From Phycisphaeraceae bacterium (lineage in GTDB: Bacteria; Planctomycetota; Phycisphaerae; Phycisphaerales; Phycisphaeraceae): a stretch of 64,000 nt of DNA. The notes below the pieces were generated by a model that made no database searches, was not told the origin of the DNA, and was given only the letters and a program-made list of their open reading frames with translations. This document shows, in pieces, positions 38,202 through 47,700 of this stretch; position 1 is the first letter of the stretch; each line of letters starts with the position of its first letter. Location of the stretch: assembly GCA_963674705.1 (NCBI GenBank), contig OY771506.1:1120001-1184000 (forward strand), given 5' to 3'. The translations under genes and the position numbers were made by a program.

Positions 38202-38330
38202 TTAGCCACGAAAAGGCACAAGAGACACAAAAGGGCTGGTAAATGGAAGCGGATGGATGCTTGGGGATCCGGAAGCGTAATTGATATAGATTCTTAATTT
38301 TGTGTGTGTTTTGTGGCTTTTCGTGGCTAA
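38202..38330. repeat. Inverted pair TTAGCCACGAAAAGGCACAA / TTGTGGCTTTTCGTGGCTAA
   Basis: Related to family E termini (TTAGCCAC..). Confidence 0.75.
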
Positions 38331-38343
38331 CCGGGTTGAGTCA

Positions 38344-38940
38344 TTATGCCGGTTCGATGCCGAGGTTTTTGAGGGCGGGGATGAGTTTTTGCATGGGCAG
38401 GCCGACGACGGTGGTTTCGTCGCCTTCGACGGTGAGGGGCCAGCCGGCGTCGCGGCGGTCGAAGAGGTTGTATCCGCCGGCCTTGCCTTTCCACTGGTTG
38501 GAGTCGAGGTATTCGTCTAGCTGAGCGCTGTTCAGCTTGCCGAGGGTGACGCGTGCTTCGTCGGCGAAGGCGTTGGGCTGGTCCATGCTGTCGGTGAGTA
38601 GTGCAACCCCTGTGATGACGGAATGGGTGTTGAGCTGGAAGTGCTGGATCATGCGTCCGGCGTCTTCGCGGTCGACGGGCTGGCCGATGAGCTTACCGTT
38701 GGAACCGACGCAAATCGTGTCAGCAGATAGGATTACGACGTCCGGCGTGGCTGCTTCCCGCAGGCTGAGGGCTTTTTCGATCGCGAGCTTGGCGGCGAGG
38801 GTGCTTGCGGAGCCGGGGTGGTCGTTATCCGGCTGAGGCGGATCGTGGAACGGCGGCTCGGTCTGCTCGAACGTGAAGCCGGCTTCGGTAAGCAATAGCG
38901 CGCGTCGCGGGGATCGGCTGGCGAGGATGAGGTTTGGCAT
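38344..38940 (-). CDS. maf: Maf-family nucleoside triphosphate pyrophosphatase
   Basis: LILASRSPRR, SADT, H.VITGV, KAGGY, VVGLP. Confidence 0.92.
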   Translation of the reverse strand: MPNLILASRSPRRALLLTEAGFTFEQTEPPFHDPPQPDNDHPGSASTLAAKLAIEKALSLREAATPDVVILSADTICVGSNGKLIGQPVDREDAGRMIQHFQLNTHSVITGVALLTDSMDQPNAFADEARVTLGKLNSAQLDEYLDSNQWKGKAGGYNLFDRRDAGWPLTVEGDETTVVGLPMQKLIPALKNLGIEPA

Positions 38941-39163
38941 GGGGTCTGGGGTCTAGGGTCCGGGGTCTGGCAAGACGGATGCGGTATCGCTTGCCGGTGG
39001 ATAGTGTAGCGGGGGTGTTGGGGTCTGGGGTTTAGGGTCCGGGGTCTGGCAAAGCCAATGCGGCCGAAGCTGTGAGGTGGTTTGTGTGGGTGCCGGGCTT
39101 ATGGCACTGCCGGTCTCCCACTTCCGACCAGACCCTAGACTCCAGACCCTAGACCCAACACCT
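38941..39163. repeat. Degenerate GGGGTCT heptamer tracts, two direct and one inverted
   Basis: 38941-38968 and 39020-39047 (both followed by GGCAA); inverse CAGACCC-type tract 39129-39163. Confidence 0.75.
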
Positions 39164-39316
39164 AAATCCGCTTTATCAGTACTGATATTCAAGATTCGGT
39201 GCTGGTGGTCCCGATAACTGGCAACAGGGTTGATACGGTTGTCGGCCCCTCGAAGCGCCCGGTCCGGCTCTGACGTGTGAGTTGGCCGGCGGGTTTCACG
39301 GACGAAAGGCCCGGTT

Positions 39317-40729
39317 GTGCGAACCATTGCGATCATCAATCAGAAGGGTGGATGCGGCAAGACGACTTGCTCGATCAATCTCGCCGCCTCCCTGTCCGCC
39401 AAAGGCAAGCGCACCCTGCTGGTCGATATGGACCCGCAATCACATTGCGCGATGGGGTTGGCTGTGCCGGATGCACAGATCGACAAGTCGATCGCGGACA
39501 TGTTGCGAGTCGGTCTTGACGGGTCGCTTGCGATGTCGGAGATCACTTGGCAGATCGCGCGTGGGTTTGACCTTGCGCCGTCGTCGATCATGCTCGCTGG
39601 GATCGAGGCCCAACTGAACACCGCGCCGGACAAGGATCGGCGACTGGTGCAGGTCCTGTCGACGGTGCAGGACCATTATGATTTTTGCATTATTGACTGC
39701 CCGCCATCGATCGGGCTTTTGACGTTTAACGCGCTGCGTGCATCGGACGAGGTGTTGATCCCTGTCGAGACGGGATTCTTCTCGATGCAGGGTGCGGTGC
39801 GGCAGCAGCAGACGATCCGGATGCTGGCAAGGCGTGCGGGGCATCACGTGCGTTTCAGCGTGCTGGCGACGATGTATGACGTGCGTACGAAGCTGGCGCG
39901 TGAGATTTTGAGTGAGCTTCGGCGGCACTTCGGCGAAGACCTTTTGCCGATCGTGATCAACTTCAACAGCAAGCTGAAGGAAGCGGCGAGCTTCGGTCAG
40001 CCTATCACGGAATACGACGCGGCCAGCCGGGGCATGCAGGATTTTGAACGGCTGGCGGACTGGCTGTTGGCGAACCCGCCGGCACCGATGGTGTTCCCGT
40101 CGCAGGGTTTTGACGGTGAGCAGCCGATGCAGCAGCCCGTGGTGCAGAGCCAGAGCATAAACCCGGCGATGAGCCGGGCGGCGGAGCTGGTGGAGCGTGC
40201 CCGTGCGTTATCGACGCGGACCGCGGAATTGTCGTCGCGGCTGGCCAGTGATGAAGATGCACAGGCGGAAGGTTTTGCGCCACAGGCTCCGCATATTCCT
40301 GCGATGCCAAGCCCGCAGCCGTCGCCACAGTCTGAACAGGCGCCCGCACAAGCGCCGATGTCGAGTCGGCTGGCTCATGTGGAGCCCGGGGCGAGTAAGC
40401 CGGTGGTTCACGAGGTGCCGGACAGTTTTGAGAAGAAGCTGGCCGGGCTGTTTGGTGCCCGGCATACGGCCCAAGGGCTGCTGTTTATTCAGCCGGACAC
40501 CAAGGCGAGACAGGTCGCGATCGCGGGTGACTTTAATGGCTGGGACCCGGCGAGCACGCCGTTGAAGCGTGATTCGAACCTGGGAGTCTGGCAGACGTGC
40601 GTACCGGTGCCGCCGGGCCGATACCGCTACCGGTTGGTGGTGGATGGGCACTGGGTGCAGGACCCGTACAACAGTTATGTCGAGTCGAATCCGTTCGGCG
40701 AGTTGAACAACATCGTGGTTGTCGCATAG
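39317..40729 (+). CDS. ParA/Soj-family ATPase fused to C-terminal glycogen-binding (CBM48/AMPK-beta-like) domain
   Basis: NQKGGCGKTT, DMDPQ, IIDCPP, TMYDVRT; P/Q linker; VAIAGDFNGW..GVW..PGRYRYRLVVDGHWVQDPYN..NPFGELNN. Confidence 0.9.
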   Translation: MRTIAIINQKGGCGKTTCSINLAASLSAKGKRTLLVDMDPQSHCAMGLAVPDAQIDKSIADMLRVGLDGSLAMSEITWQIARGFDLAPSSIMLAGIEAQLNTAPDKDRRLVQVLSTVQDHYDFCIIDCPPSIGLLTFNALRASDEVLIPVETGFFSMQGAVRQQQTIRMLARRAGHHVRFSVLATMYDVRTKLAREILSELRRHFGEDLLPIVINFNSKLKEAASFGQPITEYDAASRGMQDFERLADWLLANPPAPMVFPSQGFDGEQPMQQPVVQSQSINPAMSRAAELVERARALSTRTAELSSRLASDEDAQAEGFAPQAPHIPAMPSPQPSPQSEQAPAQAPMSSRLAHVEPGASKPVVHEVPDSFEKKLAGLFGARHTAQGLLFIQPDTKARQVAIAGDFNGWDPASTPLKRDSNLGVWQTCVPVPPGRYRYRLVVDGHWVQDPYNSYVESNPFGELNNIVVVA

Positions 40730-40819
40730 GCTTTGTTGTATCCCACGGAGGGACCCGGGGGTTCGCATGCCATGGAGGGCGGCGAGGAGAAGTACACGAA
40801 CAACCATCGGCGGTCAGTC

Positions 40820-42727
40820 ATGGACGACACACGCACGCAACAAGCCTTGGACGAGTTGGCCGATCTGTTTCTCACAGGTCAGGGGCCGAAGTCTGCATCG
40901 GCTCAATCCGAGCCGGGTTCCCCTTCTGCTATTGATGATGAAACGGACGGTTTGAGCGGTCCTGCGCCGATCCGGCTTGGGCCCAAGCTGCGGTCGACGG
41001 CTGCGCCGCGTCCGGTTCAGCCGGTTGAGCAGGACGAGTCGGATCTGGACGAGACGCCGTTGCGTCTGCATACCGACGACGATGATGATGAACCGGTGGG
41101 CTCGATCGGTATGGATGAAGAAGATGAGTACGAGGTGTTTGAAGACGACCGTGATGCGCTGCTGGAAGAAGTAGAGCACGACGAGTTTGAAGAAGCCTCG
41201 CCCGGTTATGCCGTGGCGGTTGAGGCGGTGATCCTGGGGAATTTGCCGGGATTGAGCGGGCCGTGGTTGACGCAGTACGCGCAGTTGCTGGCTCAGCAGG
41301 AGGGGCCGGTCGCGATCCTGCATGTGGATGACGACCTGATCGACCTGGAACTGGTAGAACCGACCAGCCAGCAAGGCAGCAGCCGGGGCGTGTCGCTGCG
41401 GATGGCTCCGGGCGGCGGGAAGCTGGACCCGGTGACGGTGCTTGAAGCATTACTGGATTCAACGGACAGCGCGCCGGGGACGATCCTGGTGCATCTTGAT
41501 CCGCAGAATGATGAGCAGGGGCTTTCGCGTGCGTTAATGATCGAAGACTGGACGCTGATGAGCGGCGCGGATGACCTGGCGGTCGTCGGCGGGTACCGCA
41601 TGCTCAAGACGATGGTCGAGCAGGACCCGGCGGTCGCTTCCAAGCGTGTCGGGCTGATGGTCATGGGCTCGGACCCGCAGGTCAGCCAGGAAGCGGCGCG
41701 GAAGTTCCAGACCGCGGCCCAGAGTTTCCTGAATACGCCGGTACAGTTGCTTGGCTGGCAGAAACAGATGGTGCCGGTGAACCTGCGTCATCTCGGGCGG
41801 TTCGAGGATGTGGATTCGGCGTGGCCTCGGTTGGCGGACTGGTTCGATGCGTACGCGGCGACCGAGCCGATGGTCGTGGATCAGCCGGTGATCCAGGAAG
41901 AGCCGATCGAGCAGCCGGTGTATCGATCGACGGTCGTGCGTGAACCTAAACGTGAAGTCGAGCCTGAACCTGTCAGCGAGGTGGAAGTCGAGGAGTTGAT
42001 CGAGCAGGCAGAGCCGGAACCGATCCGCATGCCGGAGCCGGTGATCCGCAGGCCGCTACCGCGATTCGAGCCGAGATCGCGACCAGTTGCGCCGCCTGCT
42101 GCTGAGCAAGCAGAACCCGAAGTCGAAGAAGTAGAACCGCAGCCGGTCGCGCGTGAACCTGAGCCGCAGCCGGTTGAAGCGGCAACTCAACCCGCGCCAG
42201 AACCTGCGCCGCAGCCCGAACCTGAACCGGTCGTGCAGCAAGCGCCGCAGCCGGTCGCTGTTCCACCGTCGGTCGAACCCGAATACGAAGCGGAAGAATA
42301 CGAGATCGAAGAGCCGGACCTCGTTGAACTGTTGATGGCTGGTCCCGGTGCTGTGCCGGGCGGGATCGCGATGGAAGCGCGCTGCCCGCATCAGCCCAAT
42401 ACGCAACTCATGCTCGATCAGGCCGGCCGATTGCACCTGCTGTATTACCACGACTCGGAAGAATCGGGTCTTGACGGTTTGCAGCCGGCGATGGTCGATC
42501 TCTTGCAGGCCCGCAAGTGGGTGCATGAACATCTGCAACTGTTGCAACTGACCCAGCGCCAGTTGAAGTTCGATACCGATGCTGAACCTGTTTTACACCT
42601 GTTTACCGATCGCGCGGACTGGGGCACAGCCCTGGTGATGCGTGTCGGCGGATCGTTAAAGCTTCACCTGCTTCAGGCCGTCGAAGTCGGCGGCGAGGTG
42701 GCGTGGTTCTGCACACCCTTGAACTAA
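40820..42727 (+). CDS. Acidic, Pro/Glu-rich hypothetical protein with degenerate MinD/FlhG-like core
   Basis: Likely start MDDTRTQQALDELADLFL; acidic tract; ADDLAVVGGYRMLK..RVGLMVMG..AAQSFLN..LLG resembles the FlhG/MinD C-terminal half; no Walker A. Confidence 0.7.
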   Translation: MDDTRTQQALDELADLFLTGQGPKSASAQSEPGSPSAIDDETDGLSGPAPIRLGPKLRSTAAPRPVQPVEQDESDLDETPLRLHTDDDDDEPVGSIGMDEEDEYEVFEDDRDALLEEVEHDEFEEASPGYAVAVEAVILGNLPGLSGPWLTQYAQLLAQQEGPVAILHVDDDLIDLELVEPTSQQGSSRGVSLRMAPGGGKLDPVTVLEALLDSTDSAPGTILVHLDPQNDEQGLSRALMIEDWTLMSGADDLAVVGGYRMLKTMVEQDPAVASKRVGLMVMGSDPQVSQEAARKFQTAAQSFLNTPVQLLGWQKQMVPVNLRHLGRFEDVDSAWPRLADWFDAYAATEPMVVDQPVIQEEPIEQPVYRSTVVREPKREVEPEPVSEVEVEELIEQAEPEPIRMPEPVIRRPLPRFEPRSRPVAPPAAEQAEPEVEEVEPQPVAREPEPQPVEAATQPAPEPAPQPEPEPVVQQAPQPVAVPPSVEPEYEAEEYEIEEPDLVELLMAGPGAVPGGIAMEARCPHQPNTQLMLDQAGRLHLLYYHDSEESGLDGLQPAMVDLLQARKWVHEHLQLLQLTQRQLKFDTDAEPVLHLFTDRADWGTALVMRVGGSLKLHLLQAVEVGGEVAWFCTPLN

Positions 42728-42816
42728 ACGATACATCCCTGCACCGTCTTCCTTCCTCCCACCGCACCGGATTGCCAACACCCGGCAACTTCCGGTGCCG
42801 ACGGAAATCACACGGA

Positions 42817-44637
42817 TTAACGACGGCGCAGCAGTGTCACGCCGCACATCAACATAAGTACTGCCGAAACGGGTTCGGGAATGGTAGTTATATCGGTTGC
42901 TGGGGGTGTGCCGACGTTCCAGTTGTTGAGTACGAGGTCGAGGTCTTCGAGGAAGATGTATCCGTCCCCCGACGCGTCGCCGGCTGACGAGTCGCCCGGA
43001 TCGGTGTGGGTAAGCCAGTTGTTCAGGATGATCTCCAAGTCTTCCATGCCGACGAATCCATCATGATTCAGGTCGCCGGTCAGTCCTAATTCGAAGCGGA
43101 AGATGGCTTCGTTGCCGTCGTTTATTTCAGCGTTGTATGTCAGTTGACCAAGGTCATTGATCGCGGACTTCCAGCCATTTTCCGCTCCCGCGCCTTGGTG
43201 CATGAAAAGGATATCGATCCCCCAATGTCCTTCCAGCGCGACCAGGGACAACTCCCCGTTCGGCTGGCTGACCCAGATGCTTTCCAGCGTTGCGCCATCG
43301 GGGCCGATCAGGTTGTTCTCAAAAACAATTTGTCCTGATCGGTTCATGATGGGTTCACGATAGAACTGGTTGAAGTAAAAGCCGGGGTCGGCGCCGGGCG
43401 CCGGATCACCTGCACGGACGATTAATTCCAAGGTGCCGCTACGGTTTGACCACAGGCCCGAATTATTGGTTTCATCCGTACCCGGCCCGCTAAGGCCGGC
43501 AAAGAAGGCGATCCGCCCGCGTTCATTGAGAACGGGTTCGTACAGGGCAAGCTCCCATGGGTTGGCCGGGGCGAACACCTGGCCGGGATCGGCTCCCGGG
43601 GCCTGGTCGCCCTCGCGTACTAACAGGACGTCGGCAACCGTGCTTGAAGACCAGATGCCTTCATCGTTGGTTTCATCTACACCCTCCCCGGATAATCTGG
43701 CATTAAATACAACTTGCTCGTAGTGGTTGAAACGGACCGATGAAAAGTAATCTGCGAAAACAGCGGACGTACCCGGGGCCGGGTTCCCCGTGCGTGCGAT
43801 CAGGTCCAGCGAACCCGAACGCTCGGCCCAGATGCCGGCGCTGTTGGTATCGTCGATGATTTCCAATTCTTCCGGGGCGGTGAGTGAAGCGCTGAACGCG
43901 ACTTGCCCCGACTGGTTGATGATCGGATTATCGGTGAACCCATCGAAGACAACTTCTTGCTCGGTTCCCGGCGCGTGGTTGCCTGCCCGGGCTACGACCC
44001 ATAACGAGCCGACCCCGCCCGACCAGATACCCATGTAGTTCGTCGCATCGACTCCCGGCCCTCCCAGCCTGCCTCGGAAGGCGGTTTGGCCGTTCACATT
44101 GGTTGCGAGCTTGTAATAGTTCGGGCTAAAAAACAGGCTTTTGAAGTACACACCTTCACCGGTGCCGGGGGCGTGATCGCCATCGCGAACAAGCAGGTCG
44201 AGTGAGTCATCACGCGCAATCCACAGGCCGCTGTCGTTGGATGAACTGATGTCCGGGCCGATCACCGACGCAACGAAGGCGACCTCATCGCCGTTGTAGA
44301 CCACCGGATCACTGATAAGCTGGAAAGTGATATCTTCATCTTCATCGGGGGGTGATTCACCACGCAACACCGTCTTCTCTAAAACCCCACCGCTGGTCGA
44401 CCACAAACCGAATTGGTGGCCGGTGTAAGTTGCCTTGAACGAGACTTCCCCGGTATTGCTGATTGACGGGGTGAGAAACCCGGTGAACTCAACCTCCGGA
44501 ACGCCCGGCACAGCGCGACCGGTGTAGGCAATCACTTCGCCCGGGTAGGGAACCGCGTGTGCCTCTTGCCCACTGCCTGTACCGATACAGAACAGCGCCA
44601 GGCCCATCAATGTCCTGCGAACGGATGTGTTTAACAT
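42817..44637 (-). CDS. PEP-CTERM protein with NxxGxxAF repeats and dockerin-like domain
   Basis: Repeated NxxGQVAF..GIW..R.G..APG units; GDLNHDGFVGMEDL..GDASGDG; IPEP tail; start chosen at MLNTSV. Confidence 0.88.
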   Translation of the reverse strand: MLNTSVRRTLMGLALFCIGTGSGQEAHAVPYPGEVIAYTGRAVPGVPEVEFTGFLTPSISNTGEVSFKATYTGHQFGLWSTSGGVLEKTVLRGESPPDEDEDITFQLISDPVVYNGDEVAFVASVIGPDISSSNDSGLWIARDDSLDLLVRDGDHAPGTGEGVYFKSLFFSPNYYKLATNVNGQTAFRGRLGGPGVDATNYMGIWSGGVGSLWVVARAGNHAPGTEQEVVFDGFTDNPIINQSGQVAFSASLTAPEELEIIDDTNSAGIWAERSGSLDLIARTGNPAPGTSAVFADYFSSVRFNHYEQVVFNARLSGEGVDETNDEGIWSSSTVADVLLVREGDQAPGADPGQVFAPANPWELALYEPVLNERGRIAFFAGLSGPGTDETNNSGLWSNRSGTLELIVRAGDPAPGADPGFYFNQFYREPIMNRSGQIVFENNLIGPDGATLESIWVSQPNGELSLVALEGHWGIDILFMHQGAGAENGWKSAINDLGQLTYNAEINDGNEAIFRFELGLTGDLNHDGFVGMEDLEIILNNWLTHTDPGDSSAGDASGDGYIFLEDLDLVLNNWNVGTPPATDITTIPEPVSAVLMLMCGVTLLRRR

Positions 44638-44765
44638 GGAAAGCCCCCATTCGATAGATGCTTGCCGGATAAACCCCGGCGGTGTAATACCAAGCCGATT
44701 GAACATCGGATCTATAAAATTGACGTTTTTAGTCTATCAAAGCATCGTCTGGATACAAGACAAAT

Positions 44766-47700
44766 TCAGCCGAACACCGGCTTCTGACCATGACGTCTCT
44801 GTATCAACCACAGATTTGTCATAGAGAATATCCCGAGTACGGCCGGTTCGGGGATATTGGCGACATCGACCGGCGGTGGTGTGCCGTTGTTCCAATTAAC
44901 GAGGATGATGTCCAGGTCATCGAGGCCGACGAAGCCGTCGCCGCTGGGATCGCCCAAGTTCCACGCGCCGGCGGTGACGTTGGTGTTCCAGTTCTTGAGA
45001 AGGATATCCAGGTCGTCGAGGCCGACGAAGCCGTCGTTGCTCAGGTCGCCTGCGAGCGTGGAGATCACTTCGAGGATGACTACCGAGCTGGTGTTGGTGA
45101 GTTGCCATTTCTGGTCGTATTCGGCGATGTCAGGCAGGCTGATGTTGTTCGGTGAATAGATGATCCCGCCGTCGGCCGAGAGGATGGTGAAGCTGTCGCC
45201 CGCGGAGGGTAAGAAGTCGTCGATCAGTGAAACACTCAGGTCGCCGTTGAGATCGGCCGAGTTGGTCACGTGGATGTGGTCGTACTCGGTGTCTTGTGTG
45301 ATGCCGCCCAGTTCGATCTCGAGCGTGCCGTCGTTGAAGGTGTAGTTCCCGTCGATGGTGGTTAAACCCGCCGACGATCCCGGCGAGAGGGTGCCGCCGT
45401 TCTGCAAGAGGTCGCCGTAGAACGTCTGGACGTGCAGGGTTCCGCCCGTGAAGCTGAAAAGGCCCGTGGCGTTATAGAAGCCGGGCGCGGTGAATGTGCC
45501 GTCGGTGAGGTTGATGGTACCGCCGTTGATCTGGAATTGGCCTCTTGCGATAAACGAAGCGCCGCTATTGATGTTGATTGTGCCGTTACTGATGACTTCG
45601 GTGTAGTCGTTGCCTGTGGTGAAAGCGGCGTTGTTCTGCACGTTCAGGATGAAGCTGCCGCCGGTGTCGGACCCGACACTTAACAGTGCACTGTCACCCT
45701 GTGTGATGTTGGTGTTGTCGCCGGTCGCGGTGAAGCTGCCGTTGACCATGTACCAGTTGCCGCCGCCGGTCATCTTGGCGCCGTTGCGGACGACGGCGCT
45801 GGCGCTGCCGCCATTTGCGCCGAAGAGGCTTGTGGTGGAGCCGGTGATGTTGAGGTTGGTTCCTGCGCCGTCGACGATCAGTGTCCCGGTTGACCCGTCG
45901 CCGAACACGATGCGGTCGGTATTCAGGTCGGCGGCGGTGTTCAGCTCCAGTATTTTGCCGTCACTGAATTCGATGCCGTTGAAGTCGGTGAGGTTGATCT
46001 GCGCGTTCGTGGTGGCGGTCAGTTTCTTACCCGTGGCGAGATTGAGGACGGCGTTATTGCTGCGTGTGTATGAACCGCCGGTGAAGGTGGTGTTGTCGTT
46101 GAGGTTGAGCGAGCCATCGGTGTGGTTGAGCGTAACGCCGGTGAAGTTGATCGGGTCGGCGGTCGGGGAGAGGTCGTTGTTGGCGTTGATGTGTCCGCTG
46201 TTGACGGTGAAGGCGCCGCCTTCGAGGGTGAGTGTGCCGTAGGTGCTGATGCCGTCGCCGCCCGCCAGCGAGATCAGTCCGCTGTTGAGTGTGAGGGAGC
46301 CGCCCGTGATGTTGATGGTTCCGCCGTTGCCGCCTATGACGTTGGTGTTGGCGCTGGATCCACCGTGGCCGCCGTCGACGCTGAGTGTGCCGCCGTTAAT
46401 CATGACGGAGCCTGCCGAGAGATGGATATCGCCGCCTTGTCCGCCGGCCCCGCCGAGGTAGTTCGCGTTGGTTATGTTCGCGGACGGTCCGCCGTTACCG
46501 CCGTCGGCAGAGAGGGTCGTGCCGGCGTTCAGCGTGATGTCGGCCCCGCTGAGATTGATCGTGCCACCGCTGCCGCCTGTCCCGCCGCGACGGCTGGTGA
46601 CAAGCGCCCTTTGTTTTCCACCCAAACCACCGTTGACGTTGAACTTCGATGTGCCCTCGAGCGTCAGCACACCGCCGGCGAGGTTGGCGGTGCCGCCTTG
46701 TCCGCCGTTGCCCGCGTTATCACTGCTGTTACTCGGGTAGTCACTGCCGCCGTACCCACCATCTAGGCGCACTTCGGAGGCGAGTGTGAGTGCGATGTTC
46801 CCGCCGGCATTCATGGTGAGGGTGCCGCCGGTGCCGCCCGCCGCGCCGTCGGCGTGTGCGGGATCGGACGAGCCGGCCCAGCCTTGTCCGCCGCTGAAGT
46901 TGATCGTGCCCCCGTCAATCATCCATGTACCGGCCGTGGTGACGGAGCCGCTGGTAGAGCCGTCCTGGTCTACCTCGGCGGACGGTGTCAGTGCGCCGAA
47001 CTGGCCGAAGGTGTTGACGTTCAGCTTTCCGTTGACTGCGATGTTTACCGTTCCGGTTGTAGAGGTGAAAAAGTCGCCGAAGTTTTGCACGTTGATGGTG
47101 GCATTGTTGGTCGCTTCCGTGCCACCGAGGGTGAGGTTTGCCCCTTCGCTCTGGATCAGCGTTGAGCTGTTGATATTGACGGTCGCGGTCGAGTCGGTGG
47201 CGGCGTAGGTGTCGTCGGCGAGGTGCAGACTGTCGATGGTCATGGCTGAGGCGGTGCTCAGGTTGATCGTGCCGGTTGAGCCGCTGCCCTGTGAAGCCAG
47301 GAAGATATCACCGGAATGGATGGTGGCCTGAGCGATATCGCTGATGGTGATAGACGCGGTACCGCCGTTGAGCCCCCAGAAAGTGGGCGAAGCATCGACG
47401 GTGAAACTCGAACCGAGGCCGTCGATGGTGACGGCGCCGTTGCTGGTTACCTCGTCGTAGGCGGTGAAGCTGCCGGCGGTGATGTTAAGGGCGCCGCCGC
47501 TATTGATGGTGGTGAGGCCGCTGACCGTAGTCGAGCCGGTGTTGTTGAATACGGCATCGCCGGTCTGTGCGATGGTTAAGGGACCGGTCACTTGCAACGA
47601 AGCGGCCTGGTTGAAGGTTGCGGCCGCGCCGCCGACGTCCGTGCCGAACTTCAGGCTTGAGACCGTGTTGGTGCCGGTCGGTGTTGCGGCGGTGAGCGTA

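Noticed and set aside
39200..39316. Hammerhead-like CTGA..GAAA and a sigma54-like TGGCAA-N5-TTGA upstream of the ParA fusion
   Set aside because: The core is CTGACGT, not CUGANGA, and the -12 GC is missing; GAAAGG is more simply an SD
39317..40729. Chromosome partition parAB locus or origin
   Set aside because: No parB, parS palindrome, dnaA or DnaA-box cluster seen; the ATPase has a CBM fusion
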